From Escherichia coli (lineage in GTDB: Bacteria; Pseudomonadota; Gammaproteobacteria; Enterobacterales; Enterobacteriaceae): a stretch of 64,000 bases of DNA. A program made the translations under genes and the position numbers. Position 1 is the first letter of the stretch, and every line of letters begins with the position of its first letter. The stretch lies in NCBI RefSeq assembly GCF_048403405.1, contig NZ_CP183129.1. The stretch is one strand, 5' to 3'. Shown here one piece after another: positions 33,498 through 42,772 of this stretch. The notes under the pieces are model-generated. The model was not told where the DNA came from, did not search any database, and saw only the letters and a list, made by a program, of their open reading frames with translations.

Positions 33498-34918
33498 TAA
33501 TCACCCCATAGTGAAGAAAAGTTACTGCTGGCTGCTGGCTGTGATACCTGCTCAGATTGCGGCAATGTCTGCGACGAAGAAGACGTTCCTCTGTCAACTG
33601 CTGAAATAACCCGCAAAGCATCATAAGCTCGACCAGAAGCAGCTTTCAGCGAATTGAACTGGTTTTCCATCTTCCGGCGCTTGGTATCAATGGTTTTTGT
33701 GGAGTCGCCAGGCTGAGGGAAATACATTTGATAATATTTTGACATTTCAGCAGGTACGATAGCTGCCCCTGTTTCCTGACGGAGTATTGCCATTATTGCG
33801 TCATTAGCATTAACAACGTATTGCTGCTCTGTTGGGCTGAGCGTTAAGTTAGCCAGCGTCCCATTACCCAAAGCATTATTAATGATCGCCACTCGCTGTG
33901 GGCTAAGCTGGTCTTTCAGTGTATCTATTGAATCAAGAGCATCCCTAACCCTGTATGCAAATCCAGCAGCTTTTTTAGCCCCTTCTGGCGACTTTTCCAT
34001 GATCTTTTGGGCTGTTGGCAAAGCTATTGGACGAAACCCATCTCCAGATATTGGCTGGTTTAGTTTTCCCTGCTCTTCACTTCCGTCTGTGTAGTATTTT
34101 GTGACAGTGCCATCATCGTTTTCTCTAACACTCATTAATTTTTTGGCGTTTGTATTAATTCCAGCCGCTGCCGCAAATGCCGCCGCCCCCTCTGGATCCG
34201 CCTTTAACATTTGAGCGTACTGATTGTAATTCTGCATTGCTGCTGTTGGTGCATATGCTGACGTTAACGCATTTGCTCGGCTAATATCCTGCCCTCTCGC
34301 CTGAAGTGCTTCGCCAGCCTGATTGCTGCGGATTGTCTCTGCCAGCCTGCCTCGCTCAATATCCCGACCTTCCATTTGATCTTTGATATTGAAATACTTC
34401 TCATGACCGAGAGAAAACAGTGCCATACTACCAGCAAGCCGCTGGAATCCCTGTGGATCATTAACATGCATTTCGGCAACAGACTCAGGAGAAATTCCCA
34501 AGCGACGCATTTCATCTTCGTTATCTGCTATGAATTTTCCAAATGCCCCAGTTCCGAGCGAAGATGCGATTTGAGCACTAGTCGCAAGATGACCAATAGA
34601 ATTTCTCTGGTCGTCATCAATAAAGCCCATCCCTTTCTGAACGCTTTCAAATTCTTCTGGATACTCAGAAATAAGACTGCGCATTTTGTTTCTGTCTCCA
34701 GACTCAAAAGCCCCGGCATATGCTTTCTGAAACTCTGATTTACGCTGTTGTTGACGTGCCTGCTGATTAATCTCAGCAACGCCTCTTAGCCCCTGTAGCG
34801 CCATTAAACCTACGTTTGGCTGCTGCTGATACTGCACAGGCTGAGGAACGGAAGAACGAGGAGCATTATCATTTTGCGGTGCCATGCTAGGCAGCCCGCC
34901 AAGTTGCCATGTCGTCAT
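33497..34918 (-). CDS. Cargo operon gene 3: hypothetical 473-aa Gln/Ala-rich protein; candidate ejection-protein (P22 gp20-like) homolog
   Basis: Translationally coupled to flanking genes (shared boundary positions 34918 and 33497); no TM segments or catalytic motifs recognised. Confidence 0.6.
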   Translation of the reverse strand: MTTWQLGGLPSMAPQNDNAPRSSVPQPVQYQQQPNVGLMALQGLRGVAEINQQARQQQRKSEFQKAYAGAFESGDRNKMRSLISEYPEEFESVQKGMGFIDDDQRNSIGHLATSAQIASSLGTGAFGKFIADNEDEMRRLGISPESVAEMHVNDPQGFQRLAGSMALFSLGHEKYFNIKDQMEGRDIERGRLAETIRSNQAGEALQARGQDISRANALTSAYAPTAAMQNYNQYAQMLKADPEGAAAFAAAAGINTNAKKLMSVRENDDGTVTKYYTDGSEEQGKLNQPISGDGFRPIALPTAQKIMEKSPEGAKKAAGFAYRVRDALDSIDTLKDQLSPQRVAIINNALGNGTLANLTLSPTEQQYVVNANDAIMAILRQETGAAIVPAEMSKYYQMYFPQPGDSTKTIDTKRRKMENQFNSLKAASGRAYDALRVISAVDRGTSSSSQTLPQSEQVSQPAASSNFSSLWGD

Positions 34919-35595
34919 TAGAATCCAAGCCCCCCAACAAGACCAATAAGCCCACCACCAATAGCCCCGGCGACATTACCTATACCCGGAACAACGGAAC
35001 CAAGTTGCGCACCCGCTAAAGCGCCTGATGCCGCCCCACCAATACCACGCGCAAGACTGGATGGCTGCTGCGCCTGACCTGCACGAATAGCGCCAAGCCC
35101 CTGCAAGAGTTGTCCGGTATTATTGGCGTAGTTTTGCCCTGCTGTTGCCTGCCCTGATGCCGCATTCATCCCGACATTTAGCAGGTTTCCATAATTTTGC
35201 ATTTGCCCACTAAGCCAATTGTTATAAAGCATGGGCGCAATGGAAGATAACTGGTTACTGGTAGCTGTTGAGCCAAGCCCCCCGGTAGCTTCTGCTGAGA
35301 CAAGGTTCTGATAACGGGCCTGATCTGCCTGTGTTTTATATAAACCAGAACCAAAGAAATCATTCGCGGCTTTATTCTGCCCTTCCAGAGTCATCAGTCC
35401 TTGCAGTTGTTGTAAAGCAGGCAATCCGACTTCTGCATACGGCTTGAGATTATTCATCACCGTATTCCACTGCTCGCGCTGCAAATCAATTGCCTGCTGC
35501 TGGGCCTTCGCCTGGGCTTTAGAGGCACCACCATCACCGCCTTTTTCGTATACGGCACGATTGAGATGTTTATGAGCTATATGGGTAATTAACAT
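34918..35595 (-). CDS. Cargo operon gene 2: hypothetical 225-aa protein with C-terminal glycine-zipper segment; candidate ejection-protein (P22 gp7-like) homolog
   Basis: C-terminus GIGGAASGALAGAQLGSVVPGIGNVAGAIGGGLIGLVGGLGF is a glycine-zipper type membrane-inserting motif; Gln/Asn/Ala-rich body; overlaps upstream gene by 7 nt. Confidence 0.6.
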   Translation of the reverse strand: MLITHIAHKHLNRAVYEKGGDGGASKAQAKAQQQAIDLQREQWNTVMNNLKPYAEVGLPALQQLQGLMTLEGQNKAANDFFGSGLYKTQADQARYQNLVSAEATGGLGSTATSNQLSSIAPMLYNNWLSGQMQNYGNLLNVGMNAASGQATAGQNYANNTGQLLQGLGAIRAGQAQQPSSLARGIGGAASGALAGAQLGSVVPGIGNVAGAIGGGLIGLVGGLGF

Positions 35596-36050
35596 TCGCT
35601 GAGTTCCTTATATTGTTGCCGTGTTAACTGATAAAGCGTTACGCCGACGGGTTTACCACATCTGATATATGCATCGGCCAGGTGACCAACACGGGTAGCG
35701 CCAAGCAAACGGATAATTGCCCGTCCGTATTTCGTGGTGTCAGGAACCATGGTGATGCTGTTAAGGAATGGTGAGTTTTCGAGAAGCCATTTGCAGAACA
35801 ATCGATGCCCTTGCAGTGCATATTCACCACGGAATCCGGGGTCGTACACCGCATGGCATTCAACAATGCTATGCCAGAAGTTACGCACTTCATGAACGCC
35901 TGTCAGCACTAATCCTTCGTAGATGCCGAGATATACCGCATCAGGCTTGATGTAGTACGTGTGCCCCGGCTCAACAATATTTTCGGTATTGCCAGGCTCG
36001 TTAAGAAAGGCCTGTAATCGCACCGGGTTATCAATAAATTTTAGTTCCAT
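35589..36050 (-). CDS. Cargo operon gene 1: hypothetical 153-aa soluble protein
   Basis: First gene of the coupled four-gene operon; several conserved-looking His/Cys (HEVRNFWH, ECHAVYDPGF); no family recognised from memory. Confidence 0.55.
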   Translation of the reverse strand: MELKFIDNPVRLQAFLNEPGNTENIVEPGHTYYIKPDAVYLGIYEGLVLTGVHEVRNFWHSIVECHAVYDPGFRGEYALQGHRLFCKWLLENSPFLNSITMVPDTTKYGRAIIRLLGATRVGHLADAYIRCGKPVGVTLYQLTRQQYKELSEC

Positions 36051-36676
36051 GCGGTGCCATCCGTTTTCACATACAGCCTGCCAGCGCCTTATCTATTAAC
36101 CCTCGTGCAATTTCATGCAGAGTTGGCGCTACTCCAATTCCTGATTTTTTACGCTGCTCTTCCTGAATTTTCTTTATCGCTTCCATTTGCTTCTCACTTA
36201 TCAATACCGGCTTTACTGAAATAGCCATAACGCCCCCTTAGAACTGTATAAAACAACAGTTATTATAGTTTCGCAAATCGCAATATTCATCATCGTAATT
36301 GCAAAATATGAAACAAATAGCACAAAAAAATGCCACCGCTCAGTAGCTGGTGGCATCGTTCTGTGTGTCAGGTTTTGACAGGTTTTTTATGGACTCTAAA
36401 AACTATATTTATGGTGTCGCATTACTCTTTACGGCAGGCGCTTTTCAGTTCTGCCCTTGCTTCTGGCTCCATTGGTAATTTGATTCGCGATCAGCTATGC
36501 GGATGGTTTGCTGAACAGGCATAACAACTTCTCAGAGGCTGTTTTTTGAACTACGAAAATTTCGTAGTGCTCACTTTCAAAAACGTCACGCCCTTGTACA
36601 CAGGATTTTACGAAAGTCTCGTAAAACACTCTCTGATGCCAGCCAGGTGTTGTGCGCATCAATTCAGTCACATTGT

Positions 36677-36787
36677 GTTGGTTCAAAATACCGTGTTGTT
36701 GGTTCAGTGTTGGTTCAATAAAAAGAATAAAATCCTTATAAAACAATACTCTTTACAAATTGAACCAACTGAACCAACTGAACCAAC
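36677..36787. repeat. Iteron array 2 (ori-like), inverse arrangement of array 1, immediately downstream of the primase gene
   Basis: GTTGGTTCA at 36677-36685, 36698-36706, 36709-36717; tandem TGAACCAAC at 36761-36769, 36770-36778, 36779-36787; internal spacer CTCTTTACAAA is the inverse of TTTGTAAAGAG in array 1. Confidence 0.8.
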
Positions 36788-36812
36788 ACCTTTTCTACGC
36801 ACATGAAGAAGC

Positions 36813-39572
36813 TCATTCTTCAGATGAGTTATAATCTCCTGGCTGGTAATTGAGTACATAAACGTTTATTTGTCGTCCCTGAATACGTGGTGATTTTCTT
36901 TGGTATCCACGACCGCTGTTTGGTGGGGTTAGCATCCCGGCTTTTTTCAACACTTCAGCAAACTGTTTTGCGTTGAAACCACATGCGATCTCCTTTTCAA
37001 ATGTGGCCGGGAATGTGTAGAAAATCATTGGGCTTTCGTCATGTTCTCCACGCTGACGGTATCCGGCTAAATCTTTGATGGGCAAATCTGCCGGGCTGTA
37101 TGGAAATGGTGCAAAACGGCTAAGCCCATAGGCATTAAGAAATGCCTCCGTTTGTTCAATAATCTGCTGATGCTCTTTGTTACCTGTGCCGAACTCGCGC
37201 AACCATGCGTTATAGCTGTGCTGTATCGCATCACGGCATGTCTGAGCATCCCAGCCTGTTACAACCTCGCCTAACAACAATGCGGCCTCCAGAATGGCAA
37301 ATCGCGCGGCTACACGGTGAACCTGCTCACCATAATCGGGTGGGATCAGGCTTCTCCATCTGCTTTCGCAATCACGAACAGTTTTAATAGCCTGTTGCTG
37401 GTGGTCTGCCAGCCATTTAATCCACTCACGCCCGGCTGCGCCATGGTGATGCTGGTAAGCGTCTTTCAGTGCGTCTGCGTGCTGTTTTCCGTTCTGGTAA
37501 TCGTGAAAGCGTACTGCTTTACTCAACGGAATATTCAGCAGTCGCACCAGTTGCCCGGCTTTGGTTTTTCGCCCGGAAGTAGCGATAAATGTTTCTAAAT
37601 CCATTTCTCCGGTGCTGATTGCCACTGTACGCCAGCGTTTTAGATCCCGGTTTCCACCATCTTTAGCGCCTTGCAGTTTCCCTACACCGTTAAATAACGC
37701 ATAGGCAGACTGTGAAACGCTGACAGGATCAGCGCCCTGACCAACTTCATCAAGCGGCATTAGTCCGTCATTGTGGGCGGCGGCCTCATTTGCCAGCCCC
37801 AGCGCGGTTCCGTACCTCGTCAGCCGCAGTAAATCAGGGTTGCCGTATAAGCTGCTCGCCACGTTTGCCGTGGTGGTCTTACCTGCGCTCGACTGCTCAT
37901 AGAAATGAATGCCGAACCCGTCAGCGCCCACCAGCCCAATCAATGGTGCTGCCAGTGCTGCGCCGATCCCGGTCATCATTGAATAGTTACCAAAGGCCAG
38001 ACGCGCCACGTTATCACGCCAGCTTTGCGCGCTCCCTGAGACGGTATATCCGGCTGCGGCTGAGCTTCTCCCGCTGAACAGCACAGGATTTTCAGGTGTT
38101 CCGATGATTTCCCCATCAGGCATGATGTACGCTCCGCATTGCCAGCCAGTGGCATGAGCAACACGCCACAATTCACGAGAGCCACTGCGTTGTAGCCAGT
38201 CTGCCAGTATTGCTCTGAGGCTGCTTTTGGTCGTGACATTTACCCCACCAGCTTTAAGTGTGCGCCATCCTTCACGTTCACCAATATCAGCCAGTGGAAT
38301 GGCAGCGGTTGTCGGCGTTTCAGAACCAAACGACAGCCAGCGAAGAATGAGATACTGGTCTTTATCGTCTCTGCCAGTACCGATAACGCTTAACGGAGAA
38401 CATAACCAGCTTTCGTTATTGATGATTTCTCCACTCTGGCTGTCAGCTCTCGGAGATACCCAATAAATACCATCCTCGCGGCTTTCTATTCTTGGTTTCA
38501 GTGGGTCGGTATCCATAACCTTAAAATCGCTTCCCTCAATGGTCTGTGGCTCCTGTTTCACGCCATTACCCTGTGGTTGGTACATTGACTTATTGAACGC
38601 TTCTGTGGCGCATTTAATGCCGTGTTTTTGGTGGTAATCATTCCAGTCTGCTTTGTGACCTGTCGGGGGTAATGCCACCCATCCAGAAACAGATAAAGCT
38701 GCTTTTTCTGCTGCTATTCTCCCCGTGTTTTGTCTTCCTTCGCTGTGGTCGTTATCCGCAGCAATGATGATTTGTGCTGAAGGAAATTTATCCCGCAGTA
38801 CCTGGGCGACATATAACAGGTTCCCGGCATCAATCGCCGCCACTGTCAGCGCCTCTGGACGAATTAAATGGGCAGATAATGCCGTTGCTAGCCCTTCTGC
38901 GATTAAGATGCTCTGTGTTGTTTCTGGTGCGTTTATGGCGTGATATGCCCCCCGCTTTGCTGAACCTGTCAGGAGTCTTTTTTCACCATGTGAGGTAATA
39001 GTCTGTGCTGCTGTGACTGCGCCGGATTTATCCACCAGCGCCAGCAACAGAGATCCATCGGGCAACACGGGGAATGTAAAATCACCTACCCCTTTCGCAA
39101 CCAGATAATCAGATTTGCCGTTTACAGCCTTTCTGCGCATGTCATCAAACTGACGGGAAAACGTATCCCGTCTTTGTTGTTCGTCCTTCTCCGCCCTTTT
39201 CAGGCGCTCCTGTTCGCGTTGCTGGCGCTCGGTTTCCAGTTGTTCCCGTTTCTGGCTGGTGGCTTCTGGTGTTTCCGTTGTCCGGTAATCAATACCCAGA
39301 ACATCAGCGGCAAGCAGCGCCGCCTCTGTTGTGTCGCAGTTATTTACGCGTTTAATTAAATCCAGCCCATCACCAGCGCCGCACTGATTACAGATGAAGC
39401 TACCGCGCCCGTTGTCATCGAACCGGAATCGATCTTTGCCCCCACATGCAGGGCAGGGAGCATGACGGCGCGGAGAGTCAGGGACATTTATGTTCAGGCA
39501 GCCCAGCACATGAGGCCAGTTGTTTTCAGACGCACTGATAACCTGACGGATAAGATCAATGTTTCGCATCAC
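36813..39572 (-). CDS. Replication primase-helicase (zinc-finger + TOPRIM + helicase-like domains; P4 alpha / PICI Pri-Rep type), 919 aa
   Basis: N-terminal Cys4 motif CPACGG...CNQCG; TOPRIM-like acidic motifs (LIAEGLATAL..., IIIAADNDHSEG); P-loop-like SSAGKTT in the C-terminal half; followed directly by iteron array 2. Confidence 0.8.
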   Translation of the reverse strand: MMRNIDLIRQVISASENNWPHVLGCLNINVPDSPRRHAPCPACGGKDRFRFDDNGRGSFICNQCGAGDGLDLIKRVNNCDTTEAALLAADVLGIDYRTTETPEATSQKREQLETERQQREQERLKRAEKDEQQRRDTFSRQFDDMRRKAVNGKSDYLVAKGVGDFTFPVLPDGSLLLALVDKSGAVTAAQTITSHGEKRLLTGSAKRGAYHAINAPETTQSILIAEGLATALSAHLIRPEALTVAAIDAGNLLYVAQVLRDKFPSAQIIIAADNDHSEGRQNTGRIAAEKAALSVSGWVALPPTGHKADWNDYHQKHGIKCATEAFNKSMYQPQGNGVKQEPQTIEGSDFKVMDTDPLKPRIESREDGIYWVSPRADSQSGEIINNESWLCSPLSVIGTGRDDKDQYLILRWLSFGSETPTTAAIPLADIGEREGWRTLKAGGVNVTTKSSLRAILADWLQRSGSRELWRVAHATGWQCGAYIMPDGEIIGTPENPVLFSGRSSAAAGYTVSGSAQSWRDNVARLAFGNYSMMTGIGAALAAPLIGLVGADGFGIHFYEQSSAGKTTTANVASSLYGNPDLLRLTRYGTALGLANEAAAHNDGLMPLDEVGQGADPVSVSQSAYALFNGVGKLQGAKDGGNRDLKRWRTVAISTGEMDLETFIATSGRKTKAGQLVRLLNIPLSKAVRFHDYQNGKQHADALKDAYQHHHGAAGREWIKWLADHQQQAIKTVRDCESRWRSLIPPDYGEQVHRVAARFAILEAALLLGEVVTGWDAQTCRDAIQHSYNAWLREFGTGNKEHQQIIEQTEAFLNAYGLSRFAPFPYSPADLPIKDLAGYRQRGEHDESPMIFYTFPATFEKEIACGFNAKQFAEVLKKAGMLTPPNSGRGYQRKSPRIQGRQINVYVLNYQPGDYNSSEE

Positions 39573-39927
39573 CGTACCCCACGTGGTCTATAGCGTTTGC
39601 GATATGGCTAACCAGCATCTGCCACTTGGTTATTCCGTAATCAGTCAGCATGCCATCATTGTTTAGCCACATATCAAATTCAGCGGTTGTCGCAAGTTTC
39701 CACTTATCGCCGTGGACAGTCCTCATTGCTGGGTACATGAATGCGCAAATCAGATCACAAACATCTGACGGCTTCAGAGATGTAGTAATAGTGCGTCCCT
39801 CTGGCGTCTGAATTGCCATTTTCTCTTCACCAGTAGAATGAAGGTTATGAATCCACACAGCACCAGCAATCTTTGCCACCTGCTCTCCGATTGCGGAGCT
39901 AAGCGCCATTTCTGCATTTTCACGCAT
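39556..39927 (-). CDS. Hypothetical protein, 123 aa (element replication/regulatory operon)
   Basis: Overlaps primase start by 17 nt and the upstream ORF by 8 nt (coupled operon). Confidence 0.5.
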   Translation of the reverse strand: MRENAEMALSSAIGEQVAKIAGAVWIHNLHSTGEEKMAIQTPEGRTITTSLKPSDVCDLICAFMYPAMRTVHGDKWKLATTAEFDMWLNNDGMLTDYGITKWQMLVSHIANAIDHVGYGDAKH

Positions 39928-40261
39928 GAGAACCTCCCGCTACAGTTGCGCCCATGTCATTAACCATGCTTTGCCATATCTCACGCCCGACGTCAGTCAA
40001 TCTGTCCTTAGTGACGCAACGATCAAGAAGCTCGATCCCCACGGTTTCCCACTGCGGGTAGAACACTTTCATGGCTGCCAGTGCGTAACTATCGATCAGG
40101 CTGCGAACGCCTTTTACTCCATTGACGATTTCCACACGTACGGCCTCTCCGTCCGCATCAATCATGAAATAGTCCCCGCCGCTGGTGGAGGTAATGTGGT
40201 TATACAGTGCTGACGCATACTTATTTGCCAGCGCATTCAGTCGGAAATTTTTAGTAATCAT
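39920..40261 (-). CDS. Hypothetical protein, 113 aa
   Basis: Co-directional, translationally coupled ORF in the small-gene operon upstream of primase. Confidence 0.5.
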   Translation of the reverse strand: MITKNFRLNALANKYASALYNHITSTSGGDYFMIDADGEAVRVEIVNGVKGVRSLIDSYALAAMKVFYPQWETVGIELLDRCVTKDRLTDVGREIWQSMVNDMGATVAGGSHA

Positions 40262-40271
40262 GGTTCCATCC

Positions 40272-40874
40272 TCAGTGCGTCACTGGTTCCGATGGCATGC
40301 CGTTTTCATTCAGTTCAGCTATAAAGCTGTTGTGAAGTTCAGCAAGCGTTTCACGACCAAATGGAGTCAGTGCTCCTTGTTCCACATCCATCATGGCTCT
40401 GTAGAAAATGATGGAGCGTTCTGTGCCAGACTCGATGCCAAAACGTTCTATCATCGCGCCCTCAATGTTGTTTGCCATAGCGAGGCGCTCTGCTACTGGA
40501 TACAGCGGCATGGCGACGATGCCGTTGGAATAAACAGCCACTTCGGAAGGATTGCCAGTATCATCAATGATGCTGACAGTGCCGTTTTCCTCTCTCATTT
40601 CCAGCATGAATACTGTTGCGATCAACCATCTCCACATAATGACGTTATGCTGTGATGTGTAATCGAAATATCCCTGGTTGCCGCCATCGGCAATAGCGAG
40701 ATGTATTGACATACCTTCATCTGGTTTATCGTCATAATCCCCGGCATCCAGACGATTTACGGCATCAATATATGAGACGGTCTCAACGCGTTCTGTCATG
40801 CCATCGTTGCTGCGGTGCATGATGTTTACGCCGTCAGGCGTTGCTTCTGCCTGGAAAGTTAAGAAATTATTCAT
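40272..40874 (-). CDS. Hypothetical protein, ~200 aa
   Basis: ORF-track ORF 40272-40979 trimmed to the internal Met (MNNFLTFQ...) because the longer reading overlaps the upstream 73-aa ORF; GAGG-type RBS. Confidence 0.45.
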   Translation of the reverse strand: MNNFLTFQAEATPDGVNIMHRSNDGMTERVETVSYIDAVNRLDAGDYDDKPDEGMSIHLAIADGGNQGYFDYTSQHNVIMWRWLIATVFMLEMREENGTVSIIDDTGNPSEVAVYSNGIVAMPLYPVAERLAMANNIEGAMIERFGIESGTERSIIFYRAMMDVEQGALTPFGRETLAELHNSFIAELNENGMPSEPVTH

Positions 40875-41088
40875 GTTTCGCCTCGCCTGAATGATTCTGT
40901 AACTCATATTTGCCCAACAATTCGTCTGCTTCCTGAATAGCTTCTGGTACGCCATTGAGCAGTGACATAACCGCGCCAATCATTAACTTGTCTCTGTTGC
41001 TGGGGCTGGCCCCTTCAAGCCAGAACCCTAAAACAGTCTGAACCTGTTCGATGCGACATTGCGCTTCAATGAGCTGGATGTTGGTCAT
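40867..41088 (-). CDS. Hypothetical small protein, 73 aa
   Basis: Coupled small ORF (overlap ATGA-type with neighbour at 41085-41088). Confidence 0.4.
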   Translation of the reverse strand: MTNIQLIEAQCRIEQVQTVLGFWLEGASPSNRDKLMIGAVMSLLNGVPEAIQEADELLGKYELQNHSGEAKHE

Positions 41089-41348
41089 TTCGCACTCTCC
41101 GCATCGATTAAACTGATATCTATCAGAGAGGTAACTTTTTGTAGCCAGCTAGTGATTACTGTCGCCTGTTCCCCTCCCACCGATGGAAGAATCTCATTCA
41201 TCACATGAACCAGACCTGTGCGCGCTCTGGTAAGCCGTTCAGTCGTGCGATCTGCAAGAGTGAATGTGTCTGGATATGGTTCTTCACGGCTCAGCAATGA
41301 TTCAATTTCCAGCTCACACGGATGACGATAAATTAAGTTGATATTCAT
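41085..41348 (-). CDS. Hypothetical small protein, 87 aa
   Basis: Coupled small ORF in same operon. Confidence 0.4.
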   Translation of the reverse strand: MNINLIYRHPCELEIESLLSREEPYPDTFTLADRTTERLTRARTGLVHVMNEILPSVGGEQATVITSWLQKVTSLIDISLIDAESAK

Positions 41349-41539
41349 TTTTCACCCCCAAGAATTACCAGCTCTGCACGGGCATCGTTAACCAAAGATG
41401 AGCACGCTTTAATCGCATCCACGACATCAGTAGCGTCCATTTCTTCAGCCGAAAGACTGACAGCAACCAGGACAGCCGCTGCTTGCTCGATTAATTGAAG
41501 TGCGGACGTAAGGCGAGGGGTATTAATTGAGTTATTCAT
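41345..41539 (-). CDS. Hypothetical small protein, 64 aa
   Basis: Coupled small ORF in same operon. Confidence 0.4.
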   Translation of the reverse strand: MNNSINTPRLTSALQLIEQAAAVLVAVSLSAEEMDATDVVDAIKACSSLVNDARAELVILGGEK

Positions 41540-42599
41540 TGGTTGCCCCCGTTTTTACTGGCATTTCGCCACCTTCCAGCAGGAAATGAACGTCACGAAC
41601 GGCGAGATCCAATATCGCGAGTAACGCCTTCAGTCTTTCGTCTCGTGAGGGAGAGTTGCTCACCAGAATGTCGTTAATCACTTCTGTCAGTGTGATGATC
41701 TGGCTTGTGCGTTCGAGGGGATCCATATGCACATCGTAGGTTTTAATCATGTGCCACCTCCATGCGGATACGACCAGCAAAAAAGCAGACGTGATCGCGC
41801 ACCAGAGAACGGCGAGCATCGCGTTCAGACTCGGCAGCAATATGATGAATTCTGGCGGTAATTGTCGGGCAATCGCGGCGAACTGCGGCGATAATCCAGA
41901 TAAATTGCGGTTTTTGGGTAGGGGTAGTAGCCAGCATGTGGCAGCCTCCATTCGATAGCATGTAACGCTACCACCGGAAACGCCAATTTCGCTGGTGGTA
42001 GCCCAGACAGGGTTGGCGTAACCGGCTCGAATGGATACCGGCGCTTCCGAAGAAGCCCCTGCCTGAGCCACCATTGATTGACAAAGGCGCTGGATTATAC
42101 ACCAACGCCCAAAAAATGGGTGAGTCAGACCTACGACATAAAAAAAGACGCTCGGCGCGTCATATGTCGCCATTCGATTTACCAGGACGCCAATCCCGGC
42201 ACCCGTTTTATGAGGTGCCTTATAACCATAAACCGTGTTGCCGCATAACGGCAAGCTCTTTTTTATGGACTCCGAAAACTCGCTATTGGAAGCACCAGAT
42301 GCACAGTACATCGCGCTCATTTCGTTAACGTCACGCGCGCGGATGAAGGTTTTTGTGGAGTCACTACGCGAGCGGAAGACATCATCTACGACCAGAAATT
42401 TTCTGGCGCAGCCGCTGACCTTCTCAATGCTAATATCATCGCCCGAGATTTCTGGTATGGTTAAGGCATCCGTTCCGACCACCAGCAAATGATAAACTTT
42501 GCTTGTATCTGCTGTATTAATGCCTGACTTTGCCGTCATATTGCTGGATTTTGGCGACATACCAGCCAGTGAAAATGTCTTCTTCTGGACGGGTATCAT
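41532..42599 (-). CDS. Hypothetical protein, 355 aa (C-terminal half of reading frame is of doubtful coding quality)
   Basis: Start overlaps the stop of the upstream small gene (42596-42599), supporting a real start; C-terminal half is Trp/Cys-rich and may reflect a frameshift or separate small genes. Confidence 0.4.
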   Translation of the reverse strand: MIPVQKKTFSLAGMSPKSSNMTAKSGINTADTSKVYHLLVVGTDALTIPEISGDDISIEKVSGCARKFLVVDDVFRSRSDSTKTFIRARDVNEMSAMYCASGASNSEFSESIKKSLPLCGNTVYGYKAPHKTGAGIGVLVNRMATYDAPSVFFYVVGLTHPFFGRWCIIQRLCQSMVAQAGASSEAPVSIRAGYANPVWATTSEIGVSGGSVTCYRMEAATCWLLPLPKNRNLSGLSPQFAAIARQLPPEFIILLPSLNAMLAVLWCAITSAFLLVVSAWRWHMIKTYDVHMDPLERTSQIITLTEVINDILVSNSPSRDERLKALLAILDLAVRDVHFLLEGGEMPVKTGATNE

Positions 42600-42772
42600 T
42601 GGTTAACCTCCGCGAACTCCTTCATGAAACGCGCCAGCGGTTGTACGCATGGCGATTGATACCCGTCGCGATAAAACGTCACTCGGTTGTGAGACACGCT
42701 TTCGACAGTAACGAGTGCTCCGTGGGCATCTTTGTAGCGTTTTTGTGGTTGTGGTGTTCCTGTTGGCTTAGA
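42596..42772 (-). CDS. Hypothetical small protein, ~58 aa
   Basis: ORF-track ORF 42596-42862 trimmed to the internal Met (MSKPTGTPQ...) that overlaps the antirepressor-like gene stop by 4 nt. Confidence 0.4.
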   Translation of the reverse strand, partial: SKPTGTPQPQKRYKDAHGALVTVESVSHNRVTFYRDGYQSPCVQPLARFMKEFAEVNQ

